This document shows, in pieces, positions 39,702 to 50,491 of a DNA stretch of 64,000 bases (positions are counted from its first letter, which is position 1; each line of letters begins with the position of its first letter). The position numbers and the translations under genes are program-made. The DNA is from an uncultured Verrucomicrobiae bacterium. GTDB taxonomy: Bacteria; Verrucomicrobiota; Verrucomicrobiia; Chthoniobacterales; JAFAMB01. A model generated the notes under the pieces. It was given only the letters and a program-made list of their open reading frames with translations, searched no databases and was not told the origin of the DNA. The stretch is from contig CAVXLD010000007.1 in NCBI GenBank assembly GCA_963762565.1, positions 64,001 to 128,000 on the forward strand, written 5' to 3'.

Positions 39702-41798
39702 ATGACTATGGAGACTCGACTACTAATAAACTGTGGTTATCGCAGAGGGTTCAATTGCGGAACTTGTAAAGGTGCGTTGGTAAGCGGAGTTAGCTTGTTG
39801 ATGTTCCTGCTCGCACCTGACCGGCTATCTGGAGGGATCACAACGATCGACTTATCGCCGTTGGTGCCAAAATCTACCCTGGTCGGCCCGTTGGATAAAG
39901 AACAGCAGATCAGCGTGGTTCTGGTGTTGCCATTGTCAGACGCTCGGGGCGCAGCATCGTTTGTGCAACAGGTGTCTTGGCCTGGTAATCCGCTTTATCA
40001 TAGGTATATAACGCCGCAGGAATTTGCCGACAGGTTTGGCGGCAGCGCCGCGGACTATACGGCACTGAAGGATTGGGCGACCGCAAATGGTCTGGAAGTA
40101 ACCCAGGAGTCCATCGCCCGGACTAGTTTAACCGTGCGAGGTTCAGTCGCCCAACTGCAAACGATCTTTAAGACACAGATCAACCGGTACCTAGATCTAA
40201 ATGGCGAAGAGTTCTATTCCGCCAATATCAAACCAACTGTTCCGAGCGCTATCTCGGCTAAAATTTCCGGGTTGATCGGGCTCACCGGTAGTAGGCAGTA
40301 TTCACCGTTAGTGAAGCTTGGGAAACGGCTGGGCGAAAGTCCAGCGAAAATAACCGGTCAAGCCGTTAGAACCGATGGAAGTCCCGGAGGGACCGGACCG
40401 GGCGGGGCGTATTCGGCAGCGGACCTGCGAACGGCTTACAGTATACCCGGGTTCGGCAGCTTGGATGACAAGACGGTGGTGGCAGTTTTTGAGCAGGGTG
40501 GATTCGATCTTTCTGACGTGACCGAATACCTTACCAAGAACGGTCTGCCAGAACCGAAAATAACCGTAGTAAGCGTTGATCATTCGCCCACAACCGTCAC
40601 CAACGCGAACGTGGAAATCGAAGGCGTGCTCGACATCGACATGATTGTGGCGATCAATCCGAGTGTTCATGAGGTGCTGGCTTACGAAGATTCGGTGGAT
40701 TCATTGCCGGTTGCGCTGGTCGACGCGATGACGCAGGTGGCGAATGATAACAAAGCGCAAATCCTGAGCATCTCTTACGGACAGGATGAATACCTGCAAG
40801 GCAAAAATACGCTCCACGCCGAACATTCTGTCCTTACGCAACTTGCGGCTCAAGGCATCACTGTAGTCGCTAGCTCCGGGAACAACGGCGCCTATGGTGA
40901 TCAGAGTGACGGCGTTTACAACGTCTACGATCCGGCCTCACAACCGTATGTGACTGGTGTTGGGGGTACCACCCTCTTCACCGGCAAGGGTCAGCAGTAC
41001 GAGTTTGAACAGGTGTACAACGAGCTGCAGTACGATGAGGGCGCAAGCGGCGGAGGAATAAGTTCCTACTGGCCCTTTCCGTCTTATGACTCTTCCGCCG
41101 GCACCGGTTACTTTACAACCAATGGAGGGTCGTCAACCTATCGGAATGTGCCGGATGTTGCTGTGGTCGGTGATCCATTCACGGGTGTGGCGATCTATTC
41201 GAAGGTGAATGGTGGTTGGCTAGAAATCGGTGGCACCGGCGTTTCCGCGGCGATCTGGGCGGGTTACCTCAGTGTGGTTAACGCGGTATTCAAGTTTGCA
41301 GACCTCGGAACCATTGGGTCTTTTAACCCGCTTTTGTACGCTGTTGGAGAACCCGACTATCAGCCTTCGAGTTACTTATACGACATTGAAACCGGAACGA
41401 ATGGGAATACCCGGTTATACTCCCTTCCTGGTTACAGCGCCGGTGTAGGCTATTCTAATTGCACCGGAGTCGGTTCGATCTGGGGTGGAGGTTTTGTCCC
41501 GGCTTTGATGGCGGTTGGGAAAACATTTGGGACAAATATTGGTCTGGTCAATACCATCAATGTAATACCAGGCACTAACAGCGCGCAGATCAATTGGAAC
41601 AAATGTTCTGGGGCATCCGTTTACTTTGTGGAGCTAACGCACGCTGGCACCATCTACTACATTACGACCACCTATGCGACAAAGCAGACGAGCATGGAGC
41701 TCACGGGTTTAGTTCCCGATGACAACTATTCCGTAGCTGTCTGGGCTGTTAATGCGACCGGTTTTTCAAACAACCAGGTTACGTTTGCAACCAAGTAG
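39702..41798 (+). CDS. S53 peptidase homologue 2, predicted catalytically inactive
   Basis: Same architecture but SSGNNG (Asp to Asn) and GGTGVSAA (Ser to Gly). Confidence 0.9.
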   Translation: MTMETRLLINCGYRRGFNCGTCKGALVSGVSLLMFLLAPDRLSGGITTIDLSPLVPKSTLVGPLDKEQQISVVLVLPLSDARGAASFVQQVSWPGNPLYHRYITPQEFADRFGGSAADYTALKDWATANGLEVTQESIARTSLTVRGSVAQLQTIFKTQINRYLDLNGEEFYSANIKPTVPSAISAKISGLIGLTGSRQYSPLVKLGKRLGESPAKITGQAVRTDGSPGGTGPGGAYSAADLRTAYSIPGFGSLDDKTVVAVFEQGGFDLSDVTEYLTKNGLPEPKITVVSVDHSPTTVTNANVEIEGVLDIDMIVAINPSVHEVLAYEDSVDSLPVALVDAMTQVANDNKAQILSISYGQDEYLQGKNTLHAEHSVLTQLAAQGITVVASSGNNGAYGDQSDGVYNVYDPASQPYVTGVGGTTLFTGKGQQYEFEQVYNELQYDEGASGGGISSYWPFPSYDSSAGTGYFTTNGGSSTYRNVPDVAVVGDPFTGVAIYSKVNGGWLEIGGTGVSAAIWAGYLSVVNAVFKFADLGTIGSFNPLLYAVGEPDYQPSSYLYDIETGTNGNTRLYSLPGYSAGVGYSNCTGVGSIWGGGFVPALMAVGKTFGTNIGLVNTINVIPGTNSAQINWNKCSGASVYFVELTHAGTIYYITTTYATKQTSMELTGLVPDDNYSVAVWAVNATGFSNNQVTFATK

Positions 41799-41836
41799 GC
41801 GCTTCGCGGCTGAAACGCAAACTTCAAAAGCAACCA

Positions 41837-42634
41837 CTACTCCGGATAGGACCCGGCGACATTCTGATCGTAATCGACTAGCGCTCCTGTCATGACACCG
41901 GATTCAGGGCTGAGCATGTATGTAACCAGACCTGCCAGCTGATCTGGCTTAACCAGCTGGCCCATGCGTTGGTTCGCTTCCGCTTTTGCTAGCCAGTCGT
42001 CGCCGGCGCCATGAAATTTCTGCTGGACGGCGGTTTCACCGGGAGTATCCATCCAGCCGACCATAAGACCATTGCAACGGATCCGATTTCTGGAGAATGC
42101 GTTTGCCACGTTCTTGGTTAAGGTCGCGAGCGCGCCCTTAGAAGCTGAGTACGGAGTCAGAAAGGATTGGCCGCAATAAGCGGACATGGAAAGGACATTG
42201 ACGATGCTTCCCGGTTTGCCAGCCTCGACCAGGTGCGCCACCACTCCCTGCATCAAGAGAAACGGCCCGCGCACGTTGGTGTTGAAGTGCTCGTCCCAGA
42301 TTTCCAAGGTTGTGTTGAGCAGGCCGCCTCGACCGGTTGAGGCGGCGGAGTTTACCAAAGCGTTGACGCTGCCGAACGTTTGAAGAGCGGAGTCCACCAG
42401 CCGGTGGCAATCTTCGACGATCGACACGTCCGCGGGCACGAAGAGACAATCGGCGCCCAGCGCCTGCACTTCCTTAGCGGCGAGCTGCCCTCTTTCGTTA
42501 TTCCGGCCGCTGATTACAATCCCTGGCGCCCCTTCGAGTGCGAGTCTTTTGGCAACGGCGAGACCTAGGCCCTGGGTGCCACCCGTAATGATCGCAACGG
42601 TTGAAGCGTTTTTTGGCGAGAGTTCGTTAGGCAT
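41837..42634 (-). CDS. SDR family oxidoreductase
   Basis: TGGTQGLG, VNSAA, YSASK. Confidence 0.92.
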   Translation of the reverse strand: MPNELSPKNASTVAIITGGTQGLGLAVAKRLALEGAPGIVISGRNNERGQLAAKEVQALGADCLFVPADVSIVEDCHRLVDSALQTFGSVNALVNSAASTGRGGLLNTTLEIWDEHFNTNVRGPFLLMQGVVAHLVEAGKPGSIVNVLSMSAYCGQSFLTPYSASKGALATLTKNVANAFSRNRIRCNGLMVGWMDTPGETAVQQKFHGAGDDWLAKAEANQRMGQLVKPDQLAGLVTYMLSPESGVMTGALVDYDQNVAGSYPE

Positions 42635-42850
42635 TTCGCAAGAATAGCCACGAAAGAACACAAGGAACGCAGAAAAAGAGAATCCTCGCGCAGAGGGCGC
42701 AGAGGGCGCGGAGGTTTCAAGGCAGAATTGAATTGGGGTGGATCCGGACTCGACTTCAACGGTCCTTTGCGCTCCTTTGCGTCCTCTGCGCGAGGTTTGC
42801 AACTGTCTTAACCTTTGCGCCCTTTGCGCGATGCTTCTCCTCTTTTGCGG

Positions 42851-43139
42851 CTATTCCTGTTGATCCCCGCTTACCCTGAAAGCCATCCCCATTGACTCTG
42901 GAGCGGTCGGCTGAAAACCGAACTGTGAATAGAGATGGTGGGCCGGGCCATCGGCGATAAGACTTACATGGGCTCCGGCAGGCGCAGATTGCCTCAGGTG
43001 TTCAACGATTTTGCCGACGATGGCTTTACCCAGGCCGCGCCGCTTCCGGGCTCTTTGGGCTCAGACCTGCAGATACTCTAAGCCGGCAATAATCTTCTAT
43101 AGAAGGCACGCCTGAGATCAGTTTGTAGTCAGGGTCCAT
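42851..43139 (-). pseudogene. GNAT acetyltransferase with an internal deletion and frameshift
   Basis: PSIEDYCRLRVSAGLSPKS joined out of frame to RGLGKAIV...VSLIADGPAHHLYSQFGF; the middle of the protein is missing. Confidence 0.75.
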
Positions 43140-43381
43140 ACGTCTGATAGAAGCATGCTTCTGCAGAAGCGGGCTAGCGAACCGTGGAGCGTTGCCTCGC
43201 TTGCGAGGCCGTGGTGAGCAAGGGAACATGGTGATGTACGCCTTACTTGGGGTCAGTGCTCGGTATCGGGACTTTTCGCCTGGCACACACCAGAGCGCAG
43301 ATCGACCGCGTACCTGCCGCGCCACGAGCCCTGTTAACCACGGCCTCGCAAGCGAAGCAACGCTCCGCAGATCGCGTTACT

Positions 43382-43816
43382 TTAGGAGTTTGCCAGGCCG
43401 TCGAGCAATTGTCGCAGGTGTGACCCGATTTTCTGTATTTCGGCCCGATGCGCCAGAGACAGTTTTGTCAACAGAGTCTCACCTTTCCTGGTGACTCGAA
43501 GAAGCACCGTGCGCCGGTCTTTGCTTCCGGGGCTACGGCTTACAAGGTCTTGAGCAACCAGCCGGTCGGCTAATTCGACCGCGGTATGGTGGGCAATCGC
43601 GAGTTGTTCGGCTAATTCGCCAATAGTTACCTGGTCGCGACCGGGAAATCCTTTGATTGCTAACAAGGCCTGATGCTGGCGGGGGGTGATACCGGTGGCT
43701 ACCGCTGCTTTTTCACTGAAGCTTAAGAACTGGCGTAATTGATATCGGAACTGGGCTAGCGCTTCATAGTCGGCTTTGGCGAGAGGCTTGTTTGAGGCCG
43801 GCGTCCGGGAAGGCAT
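43382..43816 (-). CDS. MarR-family transcriptional regulator
   Basis: LAQFRYQLRQFL.FSE, GITPRQHQALLAI, IGELAEQL, DRRTVLLRVT.KG. Confidence 0.92.
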   Translation of the reverse strand: MPSRTPASNKPLAKADYEALAQFRYQLRQFLSFSEKAAVATGITPRQHQALLAIKGFPGRDQVTIGELAEQLAIAHHTAVELADRLVAQDLVSRSPGSKDRRTVLLRVTRKGETLLTKLSLAHRAEIQKIGSHLRQLLDGLANS

Positions 43817-44497
43817 ACTCTTTTAGTGAGAAGTGAGAAGTGAGAAGTGAGAGGTGATTGGTGAGTGGTGATTGGTGAGTGGTGATTGGTGATTTGCGTT
43901 CTCGGCGCTGGCGGCGGTCACGGCGTTCCCGGCGTTGTTCGGCAGCATAAGGGATTGAACCAGAGAAGCAAGTGATCGAAGTACTTGCGTATATCGGAAA
44001 GCGATACCCGAGGTCGCAAAGAGGAAATAATACACAACAAGGCCGCTAAGATAGGAGAATAGATGGATCAGAATATCGGTTTGAAAATCGTGGGATGAAA
44101 ATTCTTTGCGCCTTTTGTGGCCTTGTTGTGAAGCCGGGAACACCATCCGTAATGCGGGAGCAACTCCGTCACATATTCGGCATAGGACAGCGCACACCTC
44201 GGCTACGGCAAAGAGCTCACCAGTAAATAAAGAAAGCCCGGCACCTGAACCGTCTTCAAGCCCGCAGGTCAATCCGGCTACCCGACCTTCTCCCAGCCCG
44301 ACCCCCGAACTAAACCCGGCAACCACCCCAGGAACCACCCCAGCCCGACGGCTCCGTGAGAATTTGGTCGTCACTGGCTGGATCGTTGGCGCCGGATTCG
44401 ACGATACAACCGGATGGAGTGGTCAAGCATTGCCGGTTGTCGTGAACGACTCTTTGTTCTAAAAAGATCTGTTTTGATGATGGTGTACGATTCGATT

Positions 44498-44833
44498 ATG
44501 CCTGACGTTCCACTACCCAATCTTAGCAGTGGAGACAACGCCGAAGGTTTGCTACGCAGTCTTCGGTGGGCATATGAGGGTTACCAGAAAGCCTTACCCG
44601 GCAACCGGAGAGCCGTGATTCGTGCTTCTTCTAACGGCGTAACCATTCGAATGGAGGGCGCGCAATGGATAAATCCAGCGACAATTATTTTCTCACAACA
44701 CCCGAAAAGCAAAGGCGAGGCACTCAAGGTTATTGTCCAGCACGTTTCCCAGCTGAATATTCTATTAGACTCTGAAGAGATCGTTAAAAACGAAAAGCCC
44801 AGACCGCCTATTGGCTTCGGACCAGCAGAGTAG
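44498..44833 (+). CDS. DUF6173-like protein
   Basis: NPATIIF...IVQHVSQLNILL...RPPIGF. Confidence 0.6.
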   Translation: MPDVPLPNLSSGDNAEGLLRSLRWAYEGYQKALPGNRRAVIRASSNGVTIRMEGAQWINPATIIFSQHPKSKGEALKVIVQHVSQLNILLDSEEIVKNEKPRPPIGFGPAE

Positions 44834-45051
44834 CTGTCCCCATTCACGGGCTGGATCGAGTCGGCTGCGCGGATCCGTGGCCTTCCAAATGAATAGGCTA
44901 AGAAAGTTCTGCTCCGCGTCCGTCATGACGTTACGGTAATGCTCGACGGAAGATGGATCGATCGCCGAGACCGCGTATTGAGGACGGCTTTGTTGGAGGA
45001 GATGGCTAGGCGCGAGGCATCCGATCCGAAAACCTGAAGCGAACTTTACCT

Positions 45052-45279
45052 GTGGAGGACTCGCAATTACTCGAAATTCAAGACGAGTGGTGTCGTGAAA
45101 TGTCGAGACAGGCAAGTTTGAACGTGGAGGAAGTTGATGCCCGGATTACAAGTGCGTGGACACGGCGGTTGAGCAGACCCCCGCTGGGCGACATCCGTGC
45201 GCTGGATAGAGAAATAGCCATACTGCAGCGCATCAGGGAAGAATTGGAGAGTGACATCCAAAATTGGAGAGAGAGGTAA
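45052..45279 (+). CDS. Hypothetical coiled-coil protein
   Basis: 75-aa helical ORF. Confidence 0.35.
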   Translation: MEDSQLLEIQDEWCREMSRQASLNVEEVDARITSAWTRRLSRPPLGDIRALDREIAILQRIREELESDIQNWRER

Positions 45280-45496
45280 GGATTCTCGGCTTATATTGAG
45301 CCTCCAAATGGCTGGGTCGCTAGCAGGTCCACTCGGCCGAGCTCGTCGCAAAATCACTTTGATCCGACCCGTCGCCTTGGGCGAAGCTGTTGAAACTCGG
45401 CGGAAGAAATTTTTTGTGGTTTTGTTTTGTGAGTCCGAACCCGGAACGTTAGCAGTTGCCGGGTTCGGGTAATGTTAGGTGTTCGCCGCTACGGCA

Positions 45497-47689
45497 TCAC
45501 TTCTTCGTCGCAAAGTAGAGAGGAAGTGTATTGGAGAAGCCGTTGGCGTTATAGGCCCAGAGTGTCGCTGCATAGTTCGGGTCGTTAGGAATCAATCCCT
45601 TGACCTCAAGAGAAGTTCCTTTCGTGATATAAACAGCGACATCATTAAAGGCCAGACCAGGATGCGCCACGGTGATGGCGTAGGCGATAGCAGCGCTTAC
45701 GGGAGCCCATTTAAATTTCGCGGTAGTTACACCTGAGGTCACCGCAAAAGTAGTGACGTCTCCAGGTGCTGTCCCGCTCTGCGTTCCGGAGATCAAAATC
45801 TGGGTGGCGAATCCGCAACCGAAGAGGCTCCCGAGGCCGGTGGCGTTACAGTAAAGGGGCTGAAAAAATGTACCGCCAGCGCTATACCCGGGATATCCCG
45901 GATAATCGGTGGTATAGCCGTTATTACCGTCAACAATCGGATACAGGAACTGGGACGGCTGGCCGTATCCGTTGGTAGTGATAGTGTTGTTAGCCGGGTT
46001 GTGTTTAACTGACGTCACGAACGGCATCAACCAGTAACCCACATCATAGAGAATCGGGTTAAAAAAGCCGATATCTCCTAATCCGGAATATCTCATCCCC
46101 ACATTCACGATGCCCAAGTAACTTGCCCAGATCGGTGCAGCGACACTGGTACCACCTGCCGCCAGCCAGCCACCATTCAGCTTGGAGTAGACAGCCGGGC
46201 CGGTGTTAGAGTCGCCAACGGCGGAGACGTCGGGCACGTTGCGGTATTTTAACGATCCGCCCTGATGCGTGATAAAGAAGGGATCCATCTCACCTTGAAA
46301 AGATGGGAACTTCCAAACATCACTAATGCCGCCACCTGAGGCGAAAGGCCCTACATCTGAAGTATTCCAGACCTGCTCATCAACGTACTGTTCACCAGCG
46401 CCGGTGAATAAAGTGGTGCCTCCGACCCCGGTAACATAAGGTTGGGAAGCTGGGTCAGAGACATTGTAAGGGTAGTGAGGGCCTTGGTAACCGTCTCCAT
46501 AAGCGCCACCGTCTCCGGAGCTGGCCGTTACGGTGATTCCTTCCGCTGCTAATTGGACGAGAGCGGTGTTCTCGGCTTTAATGGCGGTTTTGCCTTGATA
46601 ACCTTCGTCCTGCCCGTAAGAGATGCTTAGCACCTGGGCTTTCTTATCGTCGGCGACCTGGGTCAGCGTGTCGAGCAGCGCTACCGGGAATGTGTCAATG
46701 CCATCTTCGTAGACCAATACCTCATGGACGTTTGGGTTGATCGCAATCACCATGTCGATATCGAGCACCGCTTCCAGCTCAATCTGTAAGCTATCCACGG
46801 TGCCGTTATACTTGTCGACGCTCACAAACGTTACCGGCGGATGTGGCAACTTCATCCGGTTGAGATAGGTTTCCACATCTGACTTAAAGAAACCGCCTTG
46901 CTCAAACAGTGCGACCACGGTTTTGTTGTCCAGATTGCCGAAGGTGGGAATCGAGTAGATGGTTCGCAAATCGGCTGCCGAATAATAGGTTCCAGGCCCG
47001 GTGCCGCCAACGTCCACGCCATTGCTGGCCGGCTGATCGCTCGGGTTTTCGCCCATCACCTTGCCCACCTTCACATGCGGCGTATACTTTTTGCCATCCG
47101 TCAATCCGATAACTGCCGAGGCCTTATCGGCAATGGCAGACGGGATAGTCGGAGCAACGGCTGCGGAGTAGAATTCTTCGCCCTCGGATGAACGGTAATT
47201 GTTGATCTGAGTTTTAAAGATCGACTCCAATTGAGCGGCGGTGCCGCGGACCGTTAACGCTGTCCGCGCGACAGACTCTTGGGAAACGCTGAGTCCATTA
47301 GCAGCTGCCCATTGCTTGAGAGCGGCATAGTCGGATTCACTGGCGCCATAGCGGCTGGCAAACTCTTGCGGGGTCAGGTATTGGTGATAGAGTGGATCGC
47401 CTCGGCGCGACACGTGGTCCACGAAGTCGGCGGCGCCCTGAGGATCCGAGAATGGCAATGTGAGGGCCACACTGATTAGCTGGTTCCGGTCAACCGGACT
47501 AACAAAAGTCGATTTGGCCACTAATGGTGAAAGTTCAACGGTGGCCGTTTGGCCGAAAGCGTGGTTGGGCTTGATCAATAGCGACAGAATCAAGCCGAAC
47601 GCGATCGGTAGTAGCTGTCCCCAGCTAGTAGCATAACGACTAACTCGAGCCAGTTGAATCTGGCTCGCGGTGTAAGATCGATATTGCAT
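45497..47689 (-). CDS. S53 peptidase 3 with prodomain and FnIII-like tail
   Basis: EAVLD, SSGDGG, RNVPD, GGTSVAAP. Confidence 0.92.
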   Translation of the reverse strand: MQYRSYTASQIQLARVSRYATSWGQLLPIAFGLILSLLIKPNHAFGQTATVELSPLVAKSTFVSPVDRNQLISVALTLPFSDPQGAADFVDHVSRRGDPLYHQYLTPQEFASRYGASESDYAALKQWAAANGLSVSQESVARTALTVRGTAAQLESIFKTQINNYRSSEGEEFYSAAVAPTIPSAIADKASAVIGLTDGKKYTPHVKVGKVMGENPSDQPASNGVDVGGTGPGTYYSAADLRTIYSIPTFGNLDNKTVVALFEQGGFFKSDVETYLNRMKLPHPPVTFVSVDKYNGTVDSLQIELEAVLDIDMVIAINPNVHEVLVYEDGIDTFPVALLDTLTQVADDKKAQVLSISYGQDEGYQGKTAIKAENTALVQLAAEGITVTASSGDGGAYGDGYQGPHYPYNVSDPASQPYVTGVGGTTLFTGAGEQYVDEQVWNTSDVGPFASGGGISDVWKFPSFQGEMDPFFITHQGGSLKYRNVPDVSAVGDSNTGPAVYSKLNGGWLAAGGTSVAAPIWASYLGIVNVGMRYSGLGDIGFFNPILYDVGYWLMPFVTSVKHNPANNTITTNGYGQPSQFLYPIVDGNNGYTTDYPGYPGYSAGGTFFQPLYCNATGLGSLFGCGFATQILISGTQSGTAPGDVTTFAVTSGVTTAKFKWAPVSAAIAYAITVAHPGLAFNDVAVYITKGTSLEVKGLIPNDPNYAATLWAYNANGFSNTLPLYFATKK

Positions 47690-47748
47690 GGTGAGTAAGG
47701 TGCAAAAAATGCGAGTAATAGTTTTGGATAACGAAGAATCGGTGAAGA

Positions 47749-49851
47749 CTACTTAGTAGTGAAGTAGACTTGCTCTTGGGTGGCTCCGCTTGTGTTTACA
47801 GCGTAAGCGTAAAGGGTATAGTTGGTTTGCGGCGTCAGGTTGGTCATAGTCAATACCCTCTTTTTAGTAACGAAGCCGGTCACGTTGTTGGCGAGACCGC
47901 CGGGACCTATCAGTTCGAGTACATAGCCATCGGCGAGATCGGAGTCGGTCCAACGGAATTCGGCCGTGGTGGTAGTCAATTTAGGGAAAAAGAACACAAA
48001 ACCGGAGGGGACTTTTCCCTTTCCCTTAAGGGCGGTGAGCACCTGGGTCCCGAAGCCGCCTCCCCAAATAGTACCTGAACCGGTACAGTTGGTGTATCCG
48101 AAACCCGCACTAAACCCGGCGGTACCCCCATACAAAGCGGGGTCTCCATTGGTTCCGTCCGGTACGGGGAAGAGATAATTCGATGGGTTGCCATAACCGA
48201 TACCAAGTAAAAAGCCGATGCCGTATAACGTCGGATTGAAGAAGCCGATCGATGTTCCGAATAAGTACTGAGAACCGGCGTTCAGGATACTCATATAACC
48301 GCCCCAAATCGGAGCCGAGAGACTGGTACCGCCAATCTGAAGCCAACCGCCGTTGATCTTGGAGTATACCCCAACGCCGGTCAATGGGTCGCCTACCGCG
48401 CCGACATCCGGCACATTACGGTAAGTGGACGATCCGCCATTAGTGGTTACATAGCCAGGCACTTGCCAATCCCGGATTTTCCAAAAAGAGCTAACCCCGC
48501 CACCGGTGGCGCCGTACCCGAGCCCTAGACGATTCCACACTTCTTCGCCGAGCCATTCTTCGTTTGGCCCAGTCGTAAGGGTAGTACCGCCAACACAAGT
48601 GACTAGCGGTTGTGAGCCTGGATCCGGTGCCTCTAACTGAGCCGGGCTAGAGAAACCTCCGGTCCGGCCGTAGGCGCCATTGTCACCCGCGCTCACCAAG
48701 ACGGTGATGCCCTCCGACGCTAACTGAGTCAGCGCAGTGTTTTCTGCCCTCATCTGAGTGTCTCCTTGCTGGACCTCATCCACGCCATAAGAGATGCTCA
48801 GAGTTCTTACTTTGTTATCGGTCGCTATTTGATCGAGAGAGTCGACCACGGCGACCCCGAAAGGATCGTTCCCGTCTTCGTAAACTAGTACTTCCTTCAC
48901 CTGCGGGTTAATCCCGATGATCATGTCGATATCGAGGACGGCCTCGAGCTCAACCTGCGTGTCGTTAACGTGACCGTCGTACCCGTTAACACCGATAAAG
49001 CTTACTGGCACCGCCGGTAGCTTCATCGTCTTGAGGTAGGTGTTGACGTCGGATGGAGAGAAACCACCTTGTTCGAACACAGCGACGCTTTGGGGAACAA
49101 GAGAACCGTATGCAGGGATTTGATAGCACGCTCTCAGATCCGCCGGGCTGTAACTTCCTCCAGGACCGGTGCCACCGCTATCAGGCGCCTTCGTCGGGAG
49201 CGCCGCATCCTCGCCAAAAACCTTATACGGTTTGGCCAGGGTGGCATAATGGGCGCCGTTGGTCAGGCCAATGACGCCGCTGACCCGCGACGCGATTTCT
49301 TCGGGGACCGTCGGTCTAAAGGCGGCAGAATAGAATTCTTTGCCATCCGGCGACCGATAATTATTGAGCTGAGTTTTGAACAGCGTTTGGAGCTGAGCGG
49401 CCGAACCCCGCACGGTTAGGCAGGTCCGAGCCAGCGACTCGTGCACAACACTGAGGCCGTTGCTTATCGTCCAGTCCTTTAGGGCCGCATAATCGGCACT
49501 GTTCGCGCCGTATCTGGCCGCGAATTCTTCCGGAGTCAGGTACTGATGAAACAGCGGGTCGCCCGGTTGCGACACGTGCCGCACGAATTCTGCGGCGCCC
49601 TGAGGATCTGACAATGGTAATGCCAGGATCACGCTGATGGGTTGATTCTGGTCAACGGGACCAACGAGAGCCACTTTCGCCAGCATGGGCGAAAGTCCGA
49701 TGGTTTTCGCCTGGCCGAAAACGTGGCCGGGCACGATCAACGGCAACAGGAGTAACCCCCAAAGGACGGCTTTGAGCTGTTGCCAACGGTTGATATTACG
49801 GCGGGTACGAGCCGGTGAAATCCAGCTCGTCCAATTACAGAGATATTGCAT
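47749..49851 (-). CDS. S53 peptidase 4 with prodomain and FnIII-like tail
   Basis: EAVLD, SAGDNG, RNVPD, GGTSLSAP. Confidence 0.92.
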   Translation of the reverse strand: MQYLCNWTSWISPARTRRNINRWQQLKAVLWGLLLLPLIVPGHVFGQAKTIGLSPMLAKVALVGPVDQNQPISVILALPLSDPQGAAEFVRHVSQPGDPLFHQYLTPEEFAARYGANSADYAALKDWTISNGLSVVHESLARTCLTVRGSAAQLQTLFKTQLNNYRSPDGKEFYSAAFRPTVPEEIASRVSGVIGLTNGAHYATLAKPYKVFGEDAALPTKAPDSGGTGPGGSYSPADLRACYQIPAYGSLVPQSVAVFEQGGFSPSDVNTYLKTMKLPAVPVSFIGVNGYDGHVNDTQVELEAVLDIDMIIGINPQVKEVLVYEDGNDPFGVAVVDSLDQIATDNKVRTLSISYGVDEVQQGDTQMRAENTALTQLASEGITVLVSAGDNGAYGRTGGFSSPAQLEAPDPGSQPLVTCVGGTTLTTGPNEEWLGEEVWNRLGLGYGATGGGVSSFWKIRDWQVPGYVTTNGGSSTYRNVPDVGAVGDPLTGVGVYSKINGGWLQIGGTSLSAPIWGGYMSILNAGSQYLFGTSIGFFNPTLYGIGFLLGIGYGNPSNYLFPVPDGTNGDPALYGGTAGFSAGFGYTNCTGSGTIWGGGFGTQVLTALKGKGKVPSGFVFFFPKLTTTTAEFRWTDSDLADGYVLELIGPGGLANNVTGFVTKKRVLTMTNLTPQTNYTLYAYAVNTSGATQEQVYFTTK

Positions 49852-50491
49852 GGTAGTTTAATGGGAAACTGCGGAACCTCACAGAGGGCAGCCAGAAACT
49901 TGGAGGGTGTTTTCTATACGACCCAAAGAGCGAAACAACTGGGTGCGTGAGTGAAATCACCCGCGCACACATGACTTCTGATGTTAATGAATTGACCGGC
50001 AGGATTTGAGCATTTGCCCGCGGCCAAAACCCATCAGAGTGGATCCGGCAAAACCAACGATGGATGAATCGTCAGGCCGAAACGGTATAGTGCGGAAAGC
50101 GAATACATATTACTTCCTTGTCTAATCCCGCGCCGAAAAGGCCTTCCTGCTCTGACGACCTGAAACTACGCGATCGGACGCAACAGATATGAAATCGACG
50201 TCGTAACCGTCAATGAGAATTTTTGAAGATATTTTTTGTTTGGGGACTCCATTGCGTTGAAGACGCAACCCGAGGTCTTGACTCGTGAACGCTCACCTGA
50301 CCGGGTCGAGCACTTGTCCCGAAGGGACGAAAGGACTCAGCCTGGGGTTTCAACACTAGGCAGTAGTTACTCGAAAAATGGCTTGCAGACCCGAGCTACT
50401 TCCTCTTCCTGTTTAGAATTCAAGAATAGAATGTCGAGATGCTCTCTGGCGAGGGGTCGCTGCTGATATTACCAGCAGTGGCACGCCTCGC

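Noticed and set aside
43823..44462. Pro-rich ORF and its antisense ORF
   Set aside because: Low complexity, partly repeat-derived, with no recognisable domain or start signal.
49852..50250. Riboswitch in the long leader of the S53 pair
   Set aside because: I could not match a known aptamer consensus by eye; an Rfam/Infernal scan is needed.
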